Positions 42,573 through 54,230 of a DNA stretch of 64,000 bases are shown in pieces. The stretch's first letter is position 1. Every line of letters starts with the position of its first letter. Source of the DNA: Mantamonas sphyraenae STR306 (Eukaryota; Protista; CRuMs). The translations under genes were made by a program, and so were the position numbers. The notes beneath the pieces were generated by a model that worked only from the letters and a program-made list of their open reading frames with translations, was not told the DNA's origin and searched no databases. The stretch lies in NCBI GenBank assembly GCA_026936335.1, contig JAPMXV010000071.1, positions 1 to 64,000 of the forward strand, written 5' to 3'.

Positions 42573-42726
42573 ATCCCCCAGTCCTGTGCGTGACAACACC
42601 TGTGTCACCAGGTCTGGTGACACGAGTCGCGTTCACGCAGAATTTGCATGGACGTGTCGCCGCGGGCTTTCCCGCCGCGATGGCCAGAGCACATCAATCT
42701 CAGCACCCAGCTACTTCGTGGCAACT

Positions 42727-44323
42727 ATGAGCAGTGCTGGATATGGACCGCTTTCCACATCGGGGGACGACGACGCTGACTCGCGACGCTTCCTGAAGCT
42801 GGACCCTCTGGACGACAACGAACCGGTCGAGCAAGAAGACACCTCTATGTTTGAGGACGAGGAGGCTGGTGCAGTGGACGACCAGCAGGAACTGACCAAG
42901 AAGGACGTCGAGACCAAGGTCAAACCAGGCAAGGTGGCGCAGGAAGAGAAAACAAGGTAAAGGAGTCAACGAGAGGGCCGGAGCCAACGCGGACATTTCG
43001 GCTGTGCCCTTTCTTTGCGCCAAACCGCACGCTATGGCTTACACACCCTCTGTTACGATGTACCGTTCGCACAATGGGCCATGTCTGCCTCTCGTCCACA
43101 GCAACTTTTCCACTGTGGTCGTGCTGCTCAAGGCATACATCTGCAGCGGCGTGCTTGGTCTTCCTGCGGCGTGGAAATCGGGCGGGATGTTGTTCAGCAC
43201 GCTGTTCAGCGTATTTCTGGCCGCGATCGTGTTGCACGCTATGTTCCTGCTGGTGAAGTGCAAGCGCAAGGTGGAAGACCGTGGCGTCTACACGTATGGT
43301 GGTGTGGCGCAGGTGGTGTTTGGGTACAAGATGTCCCTGTTTGTCGACCTGCTGCTGACGTCGTGCCAGTGTGGCATCTGTCTGGCCTACGCCGTGTTTA
43401 TTGGCGAGAACCTGCACAGTCTGTACCCGGTCATGACCAATGTGCAGTGGATGTGGTGCGTGGCGCCGCTTCTGATTGTCCTCGCCAACCTGCGCACCCT
43501 GAAGGCTCTGGGACCCTATGCCTTTGTGGCCACCGTGGCTGTGTACCTTGTCATCACTTTTATTTTCTCGTTCAATGTGGCAGTGGTCACGACGCTGCAG
43601 CCGGACACGCTGCGCTCTCGCCACTGGTTCGTCACAGACTTTACCAGCGTCATGGCCATGGCCAACATCTCCCTGTACGCGTTGGAAGGAGTGTGTGTCG
43701 TGTTGCCTGTAGAGCACGCCATGCAGGACCGCAGCTACTTCCACAACGCGCTCACGCGCTCGTTTGTGATCAGCACCACTACGTTCATCCTGTTTGGCGC
43801 CATGGGCTACATGGCGTTTGGAGAGGACACCAAGACGGTGATCACGCTCAATCTGCCGCCCAACGCATTTTCCATCGTGTGCAAGTACGCGATTCTCTTT
43901 GTGATGCTGTTCACGTTTCCGGTGCAACTGTACCCGGTGACCGAGCTCATGGAGAAGCGTCTGCTGCACGGCAAGGGCGGCAAAGTTGGATCGTACTACG
44001 AGGCCAAGCGCAGTGTGCTGCGCACAGCATTGGTGCTGATGTGCGCCGGCATTGGCACCGTGCTTCCGCACTTTGGCATCATCATCAGCCTCATCGGCTC
44101 GACCAGCGGCTCAGTGCTCAGTCTCGTATTGCCCAGCATCTTCCACCTCAAGCTTTTCCGCTCCTACCTGCCCCGCTGGGTCATTGCCAAGGACTTGTTC
44201 CTGATGCTCTTTGGTCTCTTTATCACCATCGTTGGCACAGCCATTACCCTCATGAACATCCATCTGCACAAGAGCGAAAAGAGCGCCGTGCCCACCCCGG
44301 TCAATTCCAACGCCCACTTCTGA
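42727..44323 (+). CDS. AAAP-family amino-acid transporter (SLC36/AVT3-like); intron 42957..43101
   Basis: LLKAYICSGVLGLPAAWKSGG, YALEGVCVVLPVE..M, GYMAFG..ITLNLP, FPVQLYP; ~11 TMs. Confidence 0.9.
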
Positions 44324-44425
44324 GTGTTTGTCCTTTGTCGTGAGAGAGAGAACGTGGAGAAGAGAATGGAACCGATTTCCAACAGGCTCGGCAACCTGCA
44401 TTTGCACCTGACGTCCCACATACCA

Positions 44426-45784
44426 TCACTCAACACTAGCCACAGCCTGAAACACGGTGTTGGCCAGCCCCAGCAGAATGATGGCAACGCAGGTGATCCG
44501 CGTGGCTGTGTTTGCGAGCGGCGCACGGATGGCCACTAAGGCCGGAAGCAAAAACTCAAACACGACACCGAGGATGGACCCCTGATAGCTGATGATGAGA
44601 CCCACCTGTTGGGAAGCCCAGTTGAACGACACAAAGCCCAGCCCCAGCATGGAGAGATTGAGAAAGGAGTCAAAGTACAACGAGTCGTTGGGAAGGTCGA
44701 GGCGAGCAGCGAGCATCTCTCGCACAACGTGCATAAAGAGCAGCACCACCAGCATTAGCTGGACCAAAAGGGCGCCACGTGCGACAAGAGCAAGGACGTT
44801 GTTGCGTGCAAACTCTTGGAGAAAGTCCTGGCGCAATGGCTGGCCTGGCGTGTCAAATGCTGCCCAGCACACGAGGCCAAACACTGCGTAGATGGTAATG
44901 GCTAGACAGGAGGCAATGAGAATGGCACGCCGCACACGCAGTGGAGGTTCGGAGCCGATGCGCGACACAGGCGGTCGTTTGTCGACCATCCCAGCAGTAA
45001 TGGCCAGGACGGCCGCGTGTGTCAGGAAGGAGATGGGCAACACACCGGCGAGTGTCGATGGCCGAGGCCCAAACAACGGCAGAGACGACAGGGAAGCCAA
45101 CACGTCGGGGCGTCGTTGGAAACTGGCGCCCACGCCAAAGAGCAGCACGTACACAATGCAAATGGACCCGAGGGCGTTGGCGCGCATCAGCCTGCGCACC
45201 TGCATTTGTGCAAGCAGAAACATGGCGGCGCACAGAATGAGCCCGGAGGAGATCGAAGAACGGAGGCCGATCAATGTAAGCAGTGCCTCGGCCGCATTGC
45301 CGAGGAAAATAAAGTTGGCGCCAATGCCACCAATGAGAAGAAGCAAGGCGGTCCACCAGGCCACTTCGTATCCAGGCTGGCCCAGCCGCGCGCGACAGAC
45401 ACGCTCAAACGCCCCGAGGCCGTTTGCGTGGGCGACAATCAGCCAGCTCGTGTACGAGCACGCCAGACCGATGACCACCAGAAGAAGCAGTGTGCCAAGA
45501 ATACCGGCTTGCTGCGCCGCGTGCGGAAGCACAAGGATGGTGCTGCCGATGGTGACGTTGAGGAGGCTGAGGACGGTGATCAGTTCGCTCTGTGTGGCGC
45601 TGCCGCCGACCAGGAAGAGTTCGGGAGGGATCACATGCTTGGGTGGCTGCAATGACAGTTCACCGCCCGAGTGACGCACCAGAGCGTCGTAGTACCCAAA
45701 CCGGTGGCGGTCACGGTGGCCCGAACTGACAAAGGGCTTGCGCGACGGCGAAACGTACACACCCTCGTCATTCTGCAGACTCAT
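44426..45784 (-). CDS. SLC38A9: SLC38A9-like amino-acid transporter/sensor
   Basis: N-terminal RKPF..RFGYY..L..L.PPKHVIP, then SELITVLSLLNVTIGSTILVLP..QQAG; multiple TMs. Confidence 0.65.
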   Translation of the reverse strand: MSLQNDEGVYVSPSRKPFVSSGHRDRHRFGYYDALVRHSGGELSLQPPKHVIPPELFLVGGSATQSELITVLSLLNVTIGSTILVLPHAAQQAGILGTLLLLVVIGLACSYTSWLIVAHANGLGAFERVCRARLGQPGYEVAWWTALLLLIGGIGANFIFLGNAAEALLTLIGLRSSISSGLILCAAMFLLAQMQVRRLMRANALGSICIVYVLLFGVGASFQRRPDVLASLSSLPLFGPRPSTLAGVLPISFLTHAAVLAITAGMVDKRPPVSRIGSEPPLRVRRAILIASCLAITIYAVFGLVCWAAFDTPGQPLRQDFLQEFARNNVLALVARGALLVQLMLVVLLFMHVVREMLAARLDLPNDSLYFDSFLNLSMLGLGFVSFNWASQQVGLIISYQGSILGVVFEFLLPALVAIRAPLANTATRITCVAIILLGLANTVFQAVASVE

Positions 45785-45904
45785 GATGGTGAGTCACGAC
45801 AAGCAGGAGGAAATGGCGACAAAAGAACAGAGGGGATGAGCCGGATGAACGTTCTCGATGTCGGACGGGGACTGTGCGCGTGGCGCAGACACCCCTTGCA
45901 AGGT

Positions 45905-47771
45905 ATGGCCCGCAACGTGGTGGCTGACGCCAAGGAGCAGCTGCAAAAACTGCAAGAGCTGGACGGAAACGACGTGTGCTGTGATTGCACCACGCGCCAT
46001 CCGCAGTGGTGCAGCGTGTCGCACGGGGTCATGATCTGCCTGCAGTGTTCGGGCATCCACCGCTCGCTGGGTGTGCACGTCACCCAGGTTCGATCCATGA
46101 CCCTGGACAAGTTTACACAGAAGCAACTGGACGCCATGCACGTAAGTGACACACACGGGCGCATGGCATTCACCAGGCCATCACACGGCAGCCGTTGAGG
46201 GCGCTATTGGGCTGGGAAACCAACCCCATTTCCGCCGAGTGTCTGCCTTTGTCTTCCGCGTTCACCCTCGCTGACGTACACACACGCACACACACACACG
46301 CAAACCACCGCCCACACGTGAAGATGGGAGGAAACAACACGTTCAACTCGTACATGCGTGGCCACGGCATCAGCAAGCCGAAAGAATGCGGCGTGCGCGA
46401 AAAGTATCTCACGGTGGCTGCGGTGAAGTACAAGGCAAGTGTGTGTCGCCACACCTTTCGCTTGGCCCGCAAGCATGTAGGAAGCATGCTAACACGCACA
46501 CGCATCCCACACTTGCTCCCTCTTCCCACACACACACACACACAAAAACACACACACACACACGCTCTTCCCCACAGGACGAGATGAAGGCCAAGGTGGA
46601 GGGCCGCGAATGGGAGCCGCGGGAACAGGCATACTACGAAAAGTTGATTTCCAGCGGATCGAGCACAAAGGGCACGGCGTTGTCTGGAGGTGGCGCATAC
46701 GCAGGCGTGTCGTCGACATCGATGCTCAACGAAAACGCAAACAAGCGCACGGAGCAGGGCTTCGGGAGCTCGAGGTCAAACGGAAACAACTCCGGGTCCA
46801 CAGACGCCTTTTCCTTTGGCGATGCCAACGGGAACAAGTACACAGGGTTTGGAAATCCCAACATGAACCGACGCCGTACAGAGCAGGAGCAGCAGAGCGG
46901 CGGAAGCAGTGGGGACGACGTGTTGAGCCAGGGCTGGGGCACGCTGTCGATGTTTGCGGCATCTGCGGCAAGCACAACGAGCATGATGGCAAGCAGCGTG
47001 GCTTCCAACCTCAAATCCACGAGCGACAACCTGCGCACGCAACTGTCGGAGAACGAACAGGCGCAGCAGCTGGGGGAGAACCTGCGCACAGCGGGCTCGT
47101 CGGCCTGGACGTCTGTTTCGTCGTTGTGGGGGCGTGCCCTTAGCCAGTTGGACACTCTGACGGCGGAAGAGCGTGCCAACGCAAACACTGAACAGGGCGG
47201 ATGGAACAGCAAAGAGGAAGCATTGGCCCAGGCGCAACAGCAGCGCGGACAAGCGACGACACAGCCCCGCTTCCACGAACAGTACGAGCAAGAAAGCCAG
47301 CAGGATGTCAACCACATGCAGGCCGAGTACGATCGCTTTCTGGACGACGATGACAATCACAGCCCCGCAGGTGGCCACGACCACGACACAGACAACGGGG
47401 ATGGTTGGGGCGACGAGGATCTGTTTGGCGTGCCCGACGACGGCAGCCACGGCGCCGCAGAGCAGGACGACGATGGTTGGACGGGCTTCAATTTTGCCAC
47501 ACAGGACGAGGAGGACGCCAGCATCGATGATCTGTTGGCGTCGCGCAGCAGCCACACATCGACCACATCCCTTGGCACGGAGGACCCTTCCTCCCTGCGT
47601 GGCACCATGAGCGAGCCTGTGCGCTCTGGAGTGTCGCCGTCGGTGCGAAAGAGCACTGGATTGGGTGCCAAGCGCACGGGCTCCTTCACCATCGACGACC
47701 TCGACTCGGAAAAGGTGCAAATCAGCAGCGCTGACGACGACGAAGATTGGATGGCCTTTCTCAACAGCTAG
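45905..47771 (+). CDS. ARFGAP1: ArfGAP1/Gcs1-like; introns 46142..46323 and 46435..46577 (GC-AG)
   Basis: CCDC..PQW.S..G..ICLQCSGIHRSLGVH..VRS, MGGN, EKY..AA..YK|DEMKAKVEGREW, KYTGFGN. Confidence 0.9.
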
Positions 47772-47811
47772 TGTGCAGGACAATGAATGGTGTACGAATT
47801 TGTATGTGCCT

Positions 47812-48461
47812 TCACTCGTTCGTGTACGGACGATACGATCCGCTCAGGTCTTCTCCGGTCGCCTGGGAAATTGGCGTGCACAACTGTGTTAGTTTGGCCT
47901 CCTTCTGCCTCCTCATCGCCGCCCCTCTGCAGCTTACCGACGCCAATGCGTTCTTAAACACAATCATTTCCTCACGCAACCGTGGCACGATGACCACCAT
48001 GGCCAGCACTTCGTACAGCCCCACGGCGACAATGGCCACAAGAATCCCTGGGGCCACGCTGCCCCAGATTGCCAGAGCAGCAAAGTCGGTGATCTCGATG
48101 CTGATGCGGCTGATGTACCACAGAAACACGCCCTGTGTGTCGTGTGATCCCATGTGCCGCGTGTGAGGAACGGGAGCTGGCCGCACGCGCATGGGCCACA
48201 TCTTTTGCCAAACCCCCTGCTCGCACAAGACGCGGAACCTACCATGTGGTTGCGCAGGTAAAACACTGCAAAGGTGGTTGTCATGAACCCCAGATTGCGC
48301 GAGGCATACAGCAAGTCGTTCGTGGTGGGGTGGGCAATTTGCGACGAGCCAATCGTGTAGTACGTCAGGAACAACAGGTAGACGGATGGCCAGGCAAACA
48401 GCCACAGTGGAACACGCTCCTTGTTGACCCACACGTGGTTGAGTTTGTGGAAAAAGTCCAT
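47812..48461 (-). CDS. Small ~4-TM membrane protein of unknown function; intron 48133..48242
   Basis: Hydrophobic segments, YASRNLG motif; GTAGGT..CACAG intron joins two ORFs in frame. Confidence 0.6.
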
Positions 48462-48666
48462 GGTCGAAATGGCGATGGCTCATCGGGCGCCCCGGACCCT
48501 GACTCGAGCCGTCCTCCAACTGTGAGGCACACTGACACGGGATGTCCCTTGTCCTCCTCCTCTGCTTCTCCAGGCATCCTCTTCCAACTCCACGCGTGTC
48601 TCCTTGCCCCTTCAACACGATGCAACGGCACCGCGCGCGCATCCTCACAACGCAACCCCGCACCAC

Positions 48667-51600
48667 ATGTCCAGGAAGGGAAAGCGCTCACCGTCTGCGC
48701 GGGCCATGTCTGGCAACGTGGAGCCGCCTGTGCTGGATGAGTACCGCACCTTGACCGTCAACAAGGAGGACGAAGAAAGCGAGTTTTGCGACAACAGCAT
48801 TTCCACCTCCAAGTACACCAAGTACAGCTTCATCCCCAAGAACCTGTTTGAGCAGTTCCGCCGCATTGCCAACTTTTATTTCCTTGTCATCGCCATTCTC
48901 CAGGTACGCTTGCCTTCCAGCTCTCGCTTTCGCGTCGTCCCCTCTTCCCTCGCCGCCTCGCCAATCCGGGAACCGCAAACTGCGGCCCTTTCCACGCCCG
49001 GCTGACTCCGCATTCCCGCCACAGGCCATCCCACAAATTTCTCCTCTGGATCCCTTGACCAGTATTCTGCCCCTGGTATTTGTGCTCGGTGTCACTGCCA
49101 TCAAGGAAGGCTTTGAGGACTACGTGAGTTCCCCTTTTGCCTTGCGCGCCCACCGCCTTTTTTGCACCCAGCCCTTTCCCCGCCCCACACACCACCCACA
49201 CGCACGCCCAACTCCTGCACACCCTCCAACCACCCTCTGTGTACCCATCCGCTTCCTTTGAGGCCCTTTCTGTGTCCGCCGTGCCCTCCCCTGACCCGCA
49301 ACTGCCCGCGCAACCCAGAACCGCCACAAACTGGACGACGAAATCAACAATCGCGACGTCCTCATCTTCCGAAGCAGCTCCTTTGTCAGGAAGCCCTGGC
49401 TGGAGATTCAGGTCGGAGACATTGTGCGTCTCACCAACAAGAGCGAGGTGCCCGCAGACATGATCCTGCTCACCTCCAGCGACGAGTTTGGCGGCTGTTT
49501 TGTCGAAACCAAGCAGCTCGACGGGTACGTCCCCTCTCGCCTTGCCCCGCCCTTTTCCGCCGCCCCCTGCTGACCCACGCTCCACTTTGCGCATCTGCCC
49601 GTCCCCCCAACCCCCACCTGCATCCCTGTCCAATGTGCCCTCTGTCCGGCGACCCGCCTGTGCAGTGAGACCAACCTCAAGCCGCGTAGTTGCATCACAG
49701 AGACGCTCGACATGAAGAGCGAGAACAAGCTCACCAGCTTCAACGCCACCGTCAAGAGCGAGATGCCCAACAAGGAGCTCTACACCTACGTCGGTACCAT
49801 GGAGTACAAGGGCCGCGAGATTTCCGTCGGCCCTGACAACATCCTGCTGCGTGTACGTCGCCTTTGTTGGGCCCCTGCGCCAAACCCGGCCGCATTTTCC
49901 CAAGTTCCACGCTTTTGGATAACGCCCGCTCGCTCTCCTCCCCGTTCATCCCACCGCGTCCCCGTTTCCCATCCATGTGCACCATGTTCACACTCCCGCA
50001 TGATCCTGTGCACCCCATGCCCACCCCACCCACCCGACCTCCTCGATATTGCCACACAGGGATGCAACCTGCGCAACACCTCCTGGATCTTTGGTCTCGT
50101 CGTCTTTACCGGACACGACACCAAGCTGCTGCAAAACTCGCGTGCGGCTCCGTCCAAGCGCTCGGACCTGGAGCGCAAGATGAACACCATGCTGTACTTT
50201 ATCTTTGCCCTGCAGTTCAGCATCTGCGCCCTGTGTGCCGTCGGCGCCGCCATCTGGACCAGCCTCAACCTGGACGCAGGCTACCTGCGCTACCAGGAGG
50301 ACCCGGCCACCACAGGCGTCCTGGGCTTCCTCACCTTTCTCATTCTCCTCAACGTCATGGTGCCCATCTCCCTGTACGTGTCCCTCGAGGTCGTCAAGGT
50401 TGCCCTTGCCCTCTTTATCAACCAGGATGTGGAAATGTATCACGAAGAGACAGACACGCCTGCACGTGCGCGCACCTCCAACCTCACCGAGGAGCTCGGC
50501 CAGATCGAGTACGTGTTCTCCGACAAGACCGGCACCCTCACCTGCAACCAGATGGAGTTCCTCATGTGTTCCATTGGCGGCATCAAGTATGGCCACACCG
50601 CCGACCAGCTCGAGGAACTCAAGGGCAAGCCCAAGGAGAGCCTGACCCCGGGCTACGAAAACAAGGTGGCCGACCCAGAGTTCCAGTTCCGCGACACCAC
50701 CCTCGTCAACACCATGCAGGACGCCAGCGATCCCAACTCTGACCTCTTGTGGAACTTTATGTACAACATGGCGTTGTGCCACTCGGTCATTCCGGAGAAG
50801 GAAAACGGCCAGATCACCTACCAGGCCTCCTCTCCCGACGAAGCCGCCCTCGTGGGCTCTGCCAAGAACTTTGGCGTCTACTTTAAGGACCGTGTGCAAA
50901 ACCGTGTCACCCTCAACGTGTTTGGCGTCGAGCGCGAGTTTGAGATCCTCAACGTGCTCGAGTTCAACTCGGATCGAAAGCGCATGTCCATCATTGCACG
51001 CATGCCCAACGGCGACATCAAGCTGTACAGCAAGGGAGCCGACTCGGTCATGCTCGAGCGCCTGCAGGTTGGCGCCACCACCGTGCGCGACGCCACGCAG
51101 AAGCACCTCGAGGAGTTTGCCAAGCAAGGTCTGCGCACCCTCGTTCTGTGTCACCGCGACCTGGACGAGGACCAGTACCGCGCCTGGCAGGAGAAGTACC
51201 ACACCGCAGAGGTGTCCATGACCAACCGCGAGCGCATGATCGAGCTGTGTGCAGAAGAGATCGAGCGCGACCTCGAGCTCATCGGCGCAACTGCCATCGA
51301 GGACAAGCTGCAAGCCGGCGTGCCTCGTGCCATCTACCAGCTCGCTCAGGCCGGCATGAAGATCTGGGTCCTTACAGGCGACAAGCGCGAGACGGCCATC
51401 AACATCGGCTACTCGTGCCATCTGCTGCAGCAGAGCATGAACGTGACCCAGTTTGACGTCGGAGACGAAAAGAGCTTCATGGCCCAGCTGCGCAAGTACC
51501 GCGACCGCTTTGTGGGCTTGGACGAGAACGGCGACCCGGAGAACCTTTCGCCCAACGAGCAGGCCATTGTCATCACGGGCAAGTGCCTCAAGTTTGCCCT

Positions 51601-52753
51601 GCACGAAGAGAACCAGGAGGATTTCCTCAGCTTTGCGCGCATCTGCAAGGCTGTCATCTGCTGCCGTGTGTCGCCTGCACAAAAGGCGAGTGTGGTGGAG
51701 CTTGTCAAGCGCCACCTGCCAAAGTCGCTGACGCTGGCGATTGGCGACGGCGCCAACGACGTGTCCATGATCCAGAGTGCCCATGTGGGTGTGGGCATCA
51801 GCGGACAGGAGGGTATGCAGGCAGTGATGAGCTCTGACTATGCCATCGCACAGTTCCGCTTCCTGAACCGGCTGCTGCTCATCCACGGTCGCTGGGGCTA
51901 CATCCGTGTCTCCAAGCTCATTCTGTATTCGTTCTACAAGAACTTTACCATTTCGCTCACGCAGTTCTGGTACGCGTGGTTCTCGGGCTTCTCGGGCCAG
52001 ACACTGTACCACAGCTACGCGATTGCGGTGTACAACGTCTTCTTCACGGGTCTGCCCATCATGGTTCTGGCTGCCTTTGACAAGGACCTGCAAGCGGACA
52101 CGGTGATGAAGAACCCGTCGGTGTACTTCACCGGCCTGACGTACACCAAGTTCAACGTGGCTGTGTTTGCGTGGTGGATCCTCAATGGTCTCTGGCAGTC
52201 GCTGGTCATCTTTTTCTTCCCTCTGGCCGTGTTTGAGGAGTACGTGAACGGCGTGGGCCAGGCTGCGGGCCTGTGGTCCATGGGTGTGGTGCAGATGACC
52301 TGCATTGTGGTCAGTGTCAACGTCAAGATTGCTCTGGAGACGTCGACGTGGACGTGGCTGCACCACTTGGCGCTGTACGCCTCTGTGCTCAGCTGGTTCA
52401 TCATGGCTGTGGTGCTGGACTCGATCACCGACCTGTACGCTGGCGTGGCTGCGCAGACTCTGGGCCAGCCCACGCTGTGGCTGGTGATGTTCCTGGTAGT
52501 GGTGCTGGCCAACCTGCCGGACTACCTGTACAAGTACATCATCACCCGCTACGTGCCCGCCGAGGTGGACATTCTCCGCGAACAGGAGAGCCTTGGCATG
52601 GAGATCAAGGACATCGACCTGGGCGAGGAGTATGACCCTCGTCGCAAGTACCTGCAAGAGAACCGCCGAGGCAACCGCCGCGGCTCCATGGCCTCGCGCC
52701 GCAACAGCCGCCGAGCCAGCAGCTTTGCAGCCGGAGTGGGTGGAGCTGTGTGA
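48667..52753 (+). CDS. P4-ATPase phospholipid flippase (ATP8A/Drs2-like); introns 48904..49024, 49124..49318, 49525..49665, 49853..50059
   Basis: [23 protein letters not shown]|[36 protein letters not shown]. Confidence 0.97.
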
Positions 52754-52875
52754 TGTGTGGGTTGGGGGGACAAAGGAATGGAAAAGGAATGTGGTTTTCC
52801 ACGACAATACACACATTGAGTTGAGTCGAGCGGCGATGCAGGCAAGGCAACCGTCCAGCACACACATTCCGCAAA

Positions 52876-54220
52876 ATGCACATCGGCACTGTGGGCCTGC
52901 TGCTATTCGTTGTAGCAACATGCGCGTGTGTGACGCACGCTGCCGGGATGGCGAGCGTGCAGGGTGCACAGGTGCTGAACGGGGAGTACAATCGCCAGGT
53001 GAACTTTACGCTGACGTCGCTGACAAACGTGGAGGTGCGCCTGGAGGTGTGCTCTGGAGCAGCGCAGCTGTTTGTCGATTCATCGCTGAATGGAAACAGC
53101 GCACCGGGAGCAGGCAACGCGGCGTACTCGTCCAGCGTGGGCAGTGCGGCGTCAGCCGTCCTCAACGCGGCACAGCCGGGCACGTACTATGTGGCCGTGC
53201 TCGGCCGCGCAGCAAGCACAGAGTTTAATGTGCATGTGTATACAACCCAAGGTGAGTGTGCGCAGTGCAGCGGAGTGATTGGGCCGTGCGGTAGCTGACC
53301 AGCAGGTCGTTTTTGTGTGTTTGCTTGTTGATGGCCCCACAGCGCCGCGCACGGTGCCGTTGCCAGGCGGAGCAGGCCAGAACGACAGCAGCGTGCGTGT
53401 GGAGGAGAGCACAGAGACAGAAGTGTACCTGAGCGTGGCAGCCGGCGCGACGTACGGCGGCGCAGAGGGCTCGGGAGCAGTGGAGTATCGCTGGGTTGTG
53501 AGCAGCAATGTGGGGCGAGTGTTGAGTACGGCGTGCGGGGCAAACACGACACGCTGGAGCGACATCACAGTGTCCGAGTATGGAGAGGGCACCCCAAACA
53601 GCCTGCTCCCCGGGCGGGTCATGCTCAAGGTGTCTGAACTGCAGGCAAACACAACGTATGCTGTTGGGGTGGAAGTGCGCGACCGCACGTCGGGCCAGAG
53701 CGCGTTCTACACAGCGACGCAGGCACGCACGGTTGGCACGGAAGGCCAATGTGCACGTGTGATCAACGCTCCGTTCTGTTCCATGGTCAATTTCACGGCG
53801 GACATCAAAGGCACGACGGGATTCCAGGAGGACGAGTTTGCCTCGACCACGTACGAGACGTTTGCCCGTTTGCTGGCCCAGTACGACTGTGAAGACCCGC
53901 GTGGCTACTCGGCATGGCGTTGTCCTGACTGCTTGGCCGCATACAAACTGTGGGCATGCACAGTGGCCTTCAGGGAGTGTCCAGCCAGCACGGAAAACAA
54001 GCCCTGCCGAGCCATCTGTGAAGACGTGGTGCGCAAGTGTCCCACCATCCTTGGGTTTGACAAGTGTCCCACAAACTTTATCGAGTATGGCCCCAGTGGC
54101 CAGTGCAACACGTACGGTTCCGATCTTGGCAAAAGCGCAGCCGGTGCAGCTCCTGCCGTCCCTGTTGTTGCCTCCCTGCTTGTTCTGCTCGTGTCCACAC
54201 TGGCCACTGTGGTTGTGTGA
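52876..54220 (+). CDS. Mid1/FAM155(NALF)-like channel auxiliary subunit with signal peptide and GPI/TM tail; intron 53252..53342
   Basis: Cys pattern C..FC..YDC..YS..CPDCLAAYKLWACTVAFREC..PCRAICEDVVRKCP..GF..CP..CN. Confidence 0.75.
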
Positions 54221-54230
54221 CCTTCACCAC

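Noticed and set aside
49988-52969. 993-aa minus-strand ORF
   Set aside because: Antisense shadow of the P4-ATPase
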